Part shown: positions 46,940-54,043 of the stretch, in pieces
Numbering within the stretch: the first letter of the stretch is position 1
Layout: every line of letters starts with the position of its first letter
From: a virus
Lineage: Duplodnaviria > Caudoviricetes
Length of the DNA stretch: 62,352 nucleotides
Strand: one strand, 5' to 3'
IMG/VR virus record: IMGVR_UViG_3300020021_000009
Span: 1 to 62,352 of that record
Position numbers and translations under genes: made by a program
The notes under the pieces: generated by a model
Database searches by the model: none
Told to the model about the DNA's origin: nothing
What the model saw: the letters and a program-made list of their open reading frames with translations, nothing else

Positions 46940-49055
46940 TCCGTTCATGGGGCCGGAGCCCGACTCCGCCCGGTCCAGGCCCACGATCAACGCAGGGTAC
47001 GAGGGCGAGTGCGGGGTGTGCGGGATCGAGTTCGACGAGGGCGACGAGATCCGCGCCACCGCGGACGGGGCCGGGTGGGAGGCGGTGGACCACGACCACG
47101 ACCCAGAGGAGTCCGCCGCGGTGCTGCCCGTGGAGGTGGGCCGCCTGCCGCTGCCGAGCTTCCCGGAGGGGCTGTACGGGGACTCCCCGCCGGACGACCG
47201 AGTGGCGGAACCGGCCCAGTTCTCCTGCCCGGAGTGCCCGAAGCAGTTCGCCGTCACCAAGGACCGGCTGGTCCGCACGCACAAGCTGAACGGCGTCCGC
47301 TGCCCCGGCAGCCGGTCCGTCCCACTGGAGCTGGTGGACGCGGCCGTGGCGGATCCCGGGGAGCCGGGGCCGCTGGGCCGGGAGGCCGTGCGGACGCTGA
47401 CCGACGCGGTCCCGCCGGGCACCCCCCACGTGTTCAGCACCGACCCGGAGGCGGTGGCGGTCCTGGACCGGGCGGCGGCCATGTCCCCGACGGTGGCGGC
47501 CATGCGCGAGCGACTGGCGGGCGGACAGGCCGACCGGATCCCGGTCGCGGCTCCGCCGGAGGACGCACCGGACGCGGCCCACGACGATTACGAGAAGCAG
47601 CCGGGCACCGCGTTCCCGCTGCCGGAACTGGCACCAGAGGGCGTCACGCCGGTACCGGAGCCGCTGCGGGCGAACCCGGACGTGGACCGGGTCGCGCTCT
47701 ACGCCCACCGCCCGGCGGAGCCGGAGCCGACGGCGGAGAACGGGGGGCGCGAGCCGCTCTACGGCCGGTACGTGCTGCCGAACCCGAAGACCGGCAAGGG
47801 GAAGACCTGGCGCCGGGCCACCACGTTCGCGAGCCAGTTGGACGACACGTACAACCTGGACGCGTGGCAGAAGCGGCACCTGGTCAGGGGTGCGGCCCTG
47901 GCGGTGGCCCGGGATTCGGGGATGCTGCTCCCGTACGCGCAGATGGACGTCAGGGCCGACAAGTCGGTTCTCAACGACCTGGCCGAAGCCCTCATGACGG
48001 AGTCCGGCGTCCACGCGGCGGCGGAGCAGGGCACCTACGTCCACACGCTGACGGAGACCGTGGACCGGGCCCCGACAGCGGAGCAGGAGGCGGACGCCTG
48101 GGAGCAGGTCCCGCACCACTACCGGGCCGACGTCGCGGCCTACCGCAACGCCCTGGAGACGTACGGCCTGCGGGTCGTTCCCGCCCTGCTGGAGCGGCGT
48201 ACAGCGGTCGTGGAGTACGGCGTGGCGGGGACGTTCGACCAGGTGACCGAAGTCGTGGAACTCCAGGACTGGTCCCGGCGCCTGGACCTGTCGGTCGGCG
48301 ACTTCCTGGTCACGGACAAGAAGACCGGCTCCGACATGTCGTACGGCACCGGGACCCACGGGATCCAGTTGTGGCTGTACGCCCACGGGATCAACACCTC
48401 CGGCGTCTGGGACGCGTTCACCGGTCAGTGGACCCGTCCGGTCACCGTTCGTGAGGACGTGGGAGTCATCGTCCACATTCCGCTGGAGCAGGGCAAGTGC
48501 ACGCTGCACTCCCTGAACCTGACCAGGGGCCGTGAGGGTGCCGTCCTGGTGCAGCAGGGGTACGACCGGGCGAAGATGGTCCGGTCTCAGGCCCTGCGTT
48601 TCTCCCAGCCCATCGGTACCGTCACCGTGCCGAAGACCCCGCCGCCGCCGTCCGTCCCCGTACCCGTGGAGGCCCCCGTGTCCCAGCCCGTCCCCGCCGC
48701 ACCCGCCGTGAACCCGATGCAGGTGTGGATAGACCGGGTGGCGGCCGTGGCCGATCAGCAGCAGGCGTACGCCGTGTACCAGGCGGCGGCGGACGCGGGC
48801 ATGCCGGACGGACTGCGGAAGCAGCTCCAGGACGCGCTGACCGCGCGCCTGGCCGCTGTCGCGGCACCCGCTCTGGTCGCCGTGGCGCACGGGACTTCCC
48901 CGGAGTGGGACGGGTGGGCCCGCCGGGTGGCGACCAGGGAGCAGGCCGGCGAGCTGTTCATCCGGGCACAGAACGCCCCCGGGATGACGGCGGAAAGGCT
49001 CCGGGACCTGACGGCGGTCATGCAGTCCGCGATCGCGGGACAGCCGCCGTTCTAG
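46929..49055 (+). CDS. PD-(D/E)XK exonuclease (RecE/Cas4-like) with N-terminal zinc motifs
   Basis: RATT..LDD..L..W, GTYVH, VAGTFD, DKKTG, QLWLYA. Confidence 0.8.
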   Translation: MPTDPFMGPEPDSARSRPTINAGYEGECGVCGIEFDEGDEIRATADGAGWEAVDHDHDPEESAAVLPVEVGRLPLPSFPEGLYGDSPPDDRVAEPAQFSCPECPKQFAVTKDRLVRTHKLNGVRCPGSRSVPLELVDAAVADPGEPGPLGREAVRTLTDAVPPGTPHVFSTDPEAVAVLDRAAAMSPTVAAMRERLAGGQADRIPVAAPPEDAPDAAHDDYEKQPGTAFPLPELAPEGVTPVPEPLRANPDVDRVALYAHRPAEPEPTAENGGREPLYGRYVLPNPKTGKGKTWRRATTFASQLDDTYNLDAWQKRHLVRGAALAVARDSGMLLPYAQMDVRADKSVLNDLAEALMTESGVHAAAEQGTYVHTLTETVDRAPTAEQEADAWEQVPHHYRADVAAYRNALETYGLRVVPALLERRTAVVEYGVAGTFDQVTEVVELQDWSRRLDLSVGDFLVTDKKTGSDMSYGTGTHGIQLWLYAHGINTSGVWDAFTGQWTRPVTVREDVGVIVHIPLEQGKCTLHSLNLTRGREGAVLVQQGYDRAKMVRSQALRFSQPIGTVTVPKTPPPPSVPVPVEAPVSQPVPAAPAVNPMQVWIDRVAAVADQQQAYAVYQAAADAGMPDGLRKQLQDALTARLAAVAAPALVAVAHGTSPEWDGWARRVATREQAGELFIRAQNAPGMTAERLRDLTAVMQSAIAGQPPF

Positions 49056-49060
49056 TCCCG

Positions 49061-49086
49061 TGGACCGGTTTACTTAAATCGGTCCA
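49061..49086. promoter_or_regulatory. recurrent operator-like site with extended dyad
   Basis: TGGACCGGTTTACTTAAATCGGTCCA upstream of the ncRNA region. Confidence 0.75.
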
Positions 49087-49249
49087 GGCACTACTGTGGG
49101 ACCTGCCGGACCCGCTCCTGAGGGGGATGCGGGACCGGCTCACAGGCTGAACCGCGACACCCGGACGGATAGGCCCGGCCCATGCCATGGGACCGGATAC
49201 CGCTCCCGAACGGCCCATCCGGTCAGAGGTCGGCGGACCGAAAACGTGG

Positions 49250-49316
49250 CGTACGGTACCTCAACGGAAGAGGCCCTGGGAACAGGGGGATGCGGGTTCG
49301 AATCCCGTCCGTACAC
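49250..49316 (+). ncRNA. tRNA-like RNA with anticodon loop replaced by a GGAA tetraloop
   Basis: Acceptor CGTACGG/CCGTACA, D arm CCTC-AACGGAA-GAGG, CCCTG-GGAA-CAGGG, T arm GCGGG-TTCGAAT-CCCGT. Confidence 0.65.
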
Positions 49317-49417
49317 GGGACCCCTCCGGCTCATACCCGGTGGCGGGTCCAAGGGCCCCGCCGGGCCCGGTGCGGGTACGACGACGCTTCGGCGGGCCCG
49401 TCGTCGGCCCGCATTCC

Positions 49418-49489
49418 GCGCCCCCAGCTCAGCAACAGATCAACCGCCTCTTAAGCGGTCGGTCGTCGGTCCGAATCCGACGGGGCGCA
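49418..49489 (+). tRNA. tRNA-Lys(CTT), non-canonical or degenerate
   Basis: GCGCCCC/GGGGCGC-A, ACCGC-CTCTTAA-GCGGT, GTCGG-TCCGAAT-CCGAC; C at position 8, no D-loop GG, no encoded CCA. Confidence 0.75.
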
Positions 49490-49581
49490 CTGCGGTACCG
49501 GGTCCTGCGGGGCCTCACTCCCCCGGGGCACGGGCCCGGTACCGTCCCGATGGCAATGACCAAAGACAAGAGGAGACACCC

Positions 49582-50208
49582 GTGGACCCCTTCGCAGGAA
49601 CCGGCGGAAGCCCCAGTGGCGACCCGTTCAGCGCACCCGCCACCATCCCCAGCGAGTACCCGAAGCTGGAGGGCCTCCGGACCCGGCTGCTTCTGATCGC
49701 ACCCACCAAGTACGAGCAGGGCATCCCGTCCGCCTTCAAGGACAGCAACGGCGTGGTCCAGCTCCAGAACCGGATGACCGCGGACGTCTACGTGGTGGAC
49801 GGCGGGCAGGTCACCGGTTTCGACGTCACCGCGTTCACGTCGATGTACATCTCCAACGCCCGGCTGGTGGACCAGTTGATGAAGGGTTTCAAAGAGCACT
49901 TCATGATCCTGGGCCGTCTCGACACCTTCAAGCCCGGCACCAATGCGGGGGCGGGGAACCCGTGGGGCCTCGCGGACCCGACCGAGCAGGACAAGCAGGC
50001 GGCCCGCGCGTACATCGCGGCCGGTCGTCGGCAGCCGGGCGAGGGCCCGGACGGCTTCCCGCAGCAGGCCCCGCAGAGCGCCCCGCAGTTCCAGCAGGCT
50101 CCGCCGCAGGCCGCTCCCGCTCAGAACCCGTGGGACCAGGCCGCCGCACCGGTCACCGCCTCCGGATGGGGCGCGCCGGTCACGTCGAACGGGAACCCGT
50201 TCGGCTGA
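49582..50208 (+). CDS. putative ssDNA-binding protein
   Basis: GAGGAG RBS; beta-rich core with Q/P/A tail ending NPFG; follows the exonuclease. Confidence 0.55.
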   Translation: MDPFAGTGGSPSGDPFSAPATIPSEYPKLEGLRTRLLLIAPTKYEQGIPSAFKDSNGVVQLQNRMTADVYVVDGGQVTGFDVTAFTSMYISNARLVDQLMKGFKEHFMILGRLDTFKPGTNAGAGNPWGLADPTEQDKQAARAYIAAGRRQPGEGPDGFPQQAPQSAPQFQQAPPQAAPAQNPWDQAAAPVTASGWGAPVTSNGNPFG

Positions 50209-50254
50209 CACCCCGCACTCCCCGGCTGCCGGTTCCCCCGGCGGACGGGTGAGC

Positions 50255-50298
50255 GAGGCCCCGTCTTCCTCCCTTCGCCCGGAGGCAGGCGGGGCCTC
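50255..50298 (+). terminator. hairpin, putative terminator
   Basis: GAGGCCCCGTCT...AGGCGGGGCCTC. Confidence 0.55.
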
Positions 50299-50330
50299 TG
50301 CCATTCCCGGGTACTGTCCGGGGCCGTGAC

Positions 50331-50344
50331 GATTTAATCAAATC
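50331..50344. promoter_or_regulatory. recurrent operator-like site
   Basis: GATTTAATCAAATC upstream of the wHTH gene. Confidence 0.8.
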
Positions 50345-50376
50345 CTGATACCGTCAGGTGACGAGAGGAGTGGACC

Positions 50377-50673
50377 ATGGAGACCGAACAGGGTCCGGCC
50401 CCCCGCGGCCGGCCGCCGGGCCACAGCGGGGCACGTGAGCGCGAGGCCCGGATACTGGAACTGCTGGGGGAGCACCCGGAGGGGATGACCCGCAACGCCA
50501 TCGCGGACGCCACCGGGGAGGCCCCTCAGAAGGTGTGGCTCGCCCTGGACCGGCTGCGGGACCAGGGCCTGGTCCGCACCTGCGCACCGGTCCAGGTGAC
50601 GGAGGACGTGGACGGGCAGCCGCGCAGCCGCGGACGCCAGCTCACCTGGTCGCTGGGTGAGGAGTGCCAGTGA
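50377..50673 (+). CDS. winged-helix DNA-binding protein with AT-hook-like motif
   Basis: PRGRPP; ILELL...GMTRNAIA...VWLALDRLRDQGLV. Confidence 0.8.
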   Translation: METEQGPAPRGRPPGHSGAREREARILELLGEHPEGMTRNAIADATGEAPQKVWLALDRLRDQGLVRTCAPVQVTEDVDGQPRSRGRQLTWSLGEECQ

Positions 50674-50915
50674 GCCGGAAGCCGAACGCCGACCGGGCCC
50701 TGCGTCATCTGCGGCAGCAGATGTACGACGCCCAGGACCGTGCCCGCAGGAACGATCCACCGCTGCCGGGACCTGTCGTCAACCCCCTGGTGGCGATGGA
50801 CGCCTTCATTGCCGCGTACACGGCGCCGCTGCCCCGGCGGGTCCGGCTCCTGCCCACCTGGGCCGGGGTCCGGGTGGACCACGCGGACGACCGCGTACGG
50901 GAGGCGGGACGGTGA
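50670..50915 (+). CDS. small hypothetical protein
   Basis: GTGA coupling. Confidence 0.5.
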   Translation: MSRKPNADRALRHLRQQMYDAQDRARRNDPPLPGPVVNPLVAMDAFIAAYTAPLPRRVRLLPTWAGVRVDHADDRVREAGR

Positions 50916-51205
50916 AGCGTCTTCCGACCCGGGCGGAGGTGTCCGCCTTCCTGGCCGCCAACGCGTCTCACTACGACGACGGTCGCTGGGGTGTTCCGTC
51001 GGTCTCCGGTGGGTTCACGCCCGTGTTCGAGCCGGCCGCTCTCAAGCTGGCGGAGGTGCACCTGATCGTGGGCACCCCGCTGCTGGACACGGTCACGTCC
51101 GACTTCGCGCTGATCCTGGCCCGCCGCCTGGTCGCCCTGGAACAGGCCGTGGCCGAGTGCCGTGCTCCGGTGTCGGCTCCGGAGCCGGGGGTGGTGCCGG
51201 TATGA
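50912..51205 (+). CDS. small hypothetical protein
   Basis: GTGA coupling; VKRLPTRAEV... Confidence 0.5.
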   Translation: MKRLPTRAEVSAFLAANASHYDDGRWGVPSVSGGFTPVFEPAALKLAEVHLIVGTPLLDTVTSDFALILARRLVALEQAVAECRAPVSAPEPGVVPV

Positions 51206-51873
51206 GGACACGGCCCACGATCTCCGTCTGCATCCCCACCCTCCCCGGCCGCGAGACCGAGCTCCGCCGCGCGGTGGCCTCCGTGCTCCGCCAGAAGGAC
51301 TCCGGCTGGGGCCCGCTGGAGATCCTGGTGGAGCGGGACCCGGACCGCAACGGGGCGGCGGCCACCCGCAACAAGCTGCTCGCCCGGTCCCGGGGGGACG
51401 TCATCGCCTGGCTGGACGACGACGACTGGATGGGTGACCGCCACCTGTCCGTCTGCGGCCGGATCCTGCACGACCGCCCGGACGTGGACCTGGTGTACCC
51501 GTCTCCGATCATGGAGCCGCGCCAGGACGACGGCACGTTCCGCCGGGCACCGGTCTGCCCGGCCGCCGTCACCCATCAGGGTGTGTTCCCCACCGAGCCG
51601 TGGGGCCTGCGCTGGTGTGACGAGTTCGCGGCCCACATCCGCCGGCTCGGCTCGTTCATCCCGATGACGCACCTGGTCCGCCGGGACGTGCTGGTGGACG
51701 CGGGCGGGTTCCCGGAGGGGCGCACACTCCCCGACGGCCGGTACCAGGGGGAGGATGAGCGGATGCTGCTCGCCCTGCTGGACCGGGGCGCCGTGTTCGA
51801 ACACGTGGACCGGGCGACGTGGCACTGGTACGTCAACCCGAAGAGCACAGCGGGGAAGGGGCGGGCACAATGA
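51202..51873 (+). CDS. glycosyltransferase family 2
   Basis: ISVCIPT..R, AVASV..Q, GAAATRN, IAWLDDDD, GGF, ED. Confidence 0.88.
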   Translation: MRTRPTISVCIPTLPGRETELRRAVASVLRQKDSGWGPLEILVERDPDRNGAAATRNKLLARSRGDVIAWLDDDDWMGDRHLSVCGRILHDRPDVDLVYPSPIMEPRQDDGTFRRAPVCPAAVTHQGVFPTEPWGLRWCDEFAAHIRRLGSFIPMTHLVRRDVLVDAGGFPEGRTLPDGRYQGEDERMLLALLDRGAVFEHVDRATWHWYVNPKSTAGKGRAQ

Positions 51874-52439
51874 CGGACATGATGCACTGGGGGCCGGACA
51901 CGGACATCGTTCCGTTCCGTGCGGATGACTCGCTGTCCTGGAGGCTGGAGGCGCTGCGGCGGGACGTCGCCCAGACGGCGGACCTGCTGGAGCGGTGGGA
52001 GGCGGGCGAGCTGACCGAGGACACCCCGCCGGTCAGCCGGTCCGGGTACGGGGTGGCTGGACAGAGGACTGAGGAGCCGGACCCCGTGGCGAATCTGTCC
52101 GCCCTCGCGCGGGAGGTCTACCGGTCGGCTGCGTCCGATCCGGACAGCGTTCCCGTCACCCCGGACACGGCCGGCGGACACGGAGTCTTCATCGGTCCAG
52201 GACCGGACACCGGAGCATTGACCTCCTGGCGCAATGAGTGGACGGACGACTGGTACGACGCCCTCCTGTACGGCTACACGGAGGCGGAGGCGCGGACGGC
52301 CGGACTCCGTCCGTCCTGGGAGTGGCGGACGGACACGGTCAACGTCCGGACAGGGGATCCCGGACAGCCGTGGCGGACAACGGCGGACAGTCGGACGGAC
52401 ACGGACAGCGGACACGATGTCCGGGGCGGACACATGTAG
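51870..52439 (+). CDS. hypothetical protein in GGACA-rich DNA
   Basis: ATGA coupling; low-complexity 3' half. Confidence 0.5.
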   Translation: MTDMMHWGPDTDIVPFRADDSLSWRLEALRRDVAQTADLLERWEAGELTEDTPPVSRSGYGVAGQRTEEPDPVANLSALAREVYRSAASDPDSVPVTPDTAGGHGVFIGPGPDTGALTSWRNEWTDDWYDALLYGYTEAEARTAGLRPSWEWRTDTVNVRTGDPGQPWRTTADSRTDTDSGHDVRGGHM

Positions 52440-52450
52440 GGTCGCGGACA

Positions 52451-52486
52451 GAAGGGCGGACACCGGGTCCACGGTGTCCGCCCTTC
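52451..52486 (+). terminator. perfect 15-bp inverted repeat
   Basis: GAAGGGCGGACACCG-N6-CGGTGTCCGCCCTTC. Confidence 0.65.
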
Positions 52487-52617
52487 GCCATGTCCGGATG
52501 TCCGTGTCCGTCCACCTGTCCGTCCACCTGTCCGTCCGCCTGTCCGTCCGCCTGTCCGGATGTCCGTGTCCGTCCGACTGTCCGCTTGACGCTGTCCGCC
52601 GGACATGGGACAGTGGC

Positions 52618-52645
52618 GATCTAATCAAATCGGTTTAATCAAATC
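52618..52645. promoter_or_regulatory. tandem double operator-like site before the spd/tra genes
   Basis: GATCTAATCAAATC directly followed by GGTTTAATCAAATC. Confidence 0.8.
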
Positions 52646-52666
52646 CCCGGACAAGAGGCGGACACG

Positions 52667-53512
52667 ATGGACGCGGACAGCGGACAGAGCGGACAGGACA
52701 CCCGGACACCGGACATGCCCGTCTGGGTGTCCTGGTTCACGGACGGCGGACGCCCGGTCGTGGCCGTACTGGTCATGATCATGTGCGCACCCGGGGAGCA
52801 CCACCTGGCTGCCATGGCCGGCTGGGAGGACTGGCTGGCCTGGGGCATGCCCGGCTGCCTGGTCATCTACACGGGCATCGCCGCGGTCGTGGCCACCAAG
52901 CGGGCCAAGGGCACGCCCGGCAAGCGCACGGCCGTGGTGGGGGCGATCCTGTCCCTGCTGCTGGCCATGAGCGCGCAACCGATCAGCCACCTGTTCGTGA
53001 CCGGGATCTGGCACGGCGACCCCTGGCCCCTGGTCGTGGTCGTCTCCTGTATCCCGCCCATGGTCCTCGGACACCTGCTCCACCTGGCCGCCGGGGGATC
53101 TGTCCGGTCCGTCCGGCGGACAGTGGCGGACACCGGACAGGCTGACGTCCCGGACAGTGCGGACGCACCGCTGCGGACAGTGGCGGACACGGACGGACAC
53201 CGGGCCGTGCGGACGGACATCGGACGGACGGACACCTGGATCATCGTGCCGGACACGGACACGGACACGGACACGGACACGGATACGGTGTCCGGACACT
53301 TTGCCGAACCGGTCGTCGTGTCCGTCCCGGTCCGCCGTTCCGTTGTCCGGCAGATGGCGTCCGGCTCCATCCCGTCCGTCGTCAAGGACATCCTCACGGA
53401 CAGCCCGGACGCCACGAACGCCGATGTCCGGGACATGGTCCTGAACCGGCTCGGACCGGACACCAAGACAGACAGCATTAGCAAGGCGATCCGCCGCGTG
53501 CGCGCGGCCTAA
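52667..53512 (+). CDS. Spd-like (DUF2637-type) multi-TM membrane protein with C-terminal helical domain
   Basis: About four TM segments ending IPPMVLGHLLHL, low-complexity linker, basic C-terminus SISKAIRRVR; first gene of the tra operon. Confidence 0.7.
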   Translation: MDADSGQSGQDTRTPDMPVWVSWFTDGGRPVVAVLVMIMCAPGEHHLAAMAGWEDWLAWGMPGCLVIYTGIAAVVATKRAKGTPGKRTAVVGAILSLLLAMSAQPISHLFVTGIWHGDPWPLVVVVSCIPPMVLGHLLHLAAGGSVRSVRRTVADTGQADVPDSADAPLRTVADTDGHRAVRTDIGRTDTWIIVPDTDTDTDTDTDTVSGHFAEPVVVSVPVRRSVVRQMASGSIPSVVKDILTDSPDATNADVRDMVLNRLGPDTKTDSISKAIRRVRAA

Positions 53513-53526
53513 GGAGGGACACGGAC

Positions 53527-54003
53527 ATGAGCACTACCCAGGTTGGAACGTCCGCGAGCAACGCCCAACGGGAGCCCGCACGACCGTCCCACAAGCCGAC
53601 CGTCGGACGGACGGGGACGGGATCGGACAGGATCGACGCCCTGGTCCGGGCGCTGGACGATATTCAGATCGAGGACCAGCACGACCTCCACGCGATCCTG
53701 GAGGCGTTCCGCAAGCTCGGTCACCGCCTCGCGATGGAGTCCATGCTGACCGGGTCCGAACTGGAGGCCGGTCTCAAGCAGGCGGCCCGCGGCGGCAGCG
53801 TCTTCGGGACCGTCGGGTTCGGCACCCACCGGAAGATCAGGCGCACGCTCAAGGCGCTGCGGACCATGGCCGACGGATTCGCGGGGGCGAGCGCCAGCGC
53901 GGTCGTCGCGTGGCGCGCGTTCGAGAAGGATTTCGCCGAAGACCTGGCACCCACCCGCACCAGGCCCGCTCCCCGCAAGGGGTTCCGGATCAACCCGAAC
54001 TGA
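53527..54003 (+). CDS. TraA-like plasmid transfer protein
   Basis: Small helical protein directly before traB; AWRAFEKDFAEDL...GFRI end resembles Streptomyces plasmid TraA. Confidence 0.6.
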   Translation: MSTTQVGTSASNAQREPARPSHKPTVGRTGTGSDRIDALVRALDDIQIEDQHDLHAILEAFRKLGHRLAMESMLTGSELEAGLKQAARGGSVFGTVGFGTHRKIRRTLKALRTMADGFAGASASAVVAWRAFEKDFAEDLAPTRTRPAPRKGFRINPN

Positions 54004-54043
54004 CCCCTGACCAGCGAAGACGACCCGAAAGGAGGCGGACACC

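Larger units (their letters stand above)
51870..53530. repeat. (C)GGACA/TGTCC(G)-saturated region
   Basis: About 70 copies by hand count, including 12-bp tandem TGTCCGTCC(A/G)CC, 23-bp direct repeats at 52491 and 52553, and (GGACAC)5 near 53251. Confidence 0.9.

Noticed and set aside
46929-49055. Cas4-like nuclease as part of a CRISPR system
   Set aside because: Context and motifs fit an ordinary phage recombination exonuclease; no array present
49418-49489. tRNA-Lys as an attP core
   Set aside because: It is a full-length diverged copy rather than a 3' fragment, and there is no adjacent integrase
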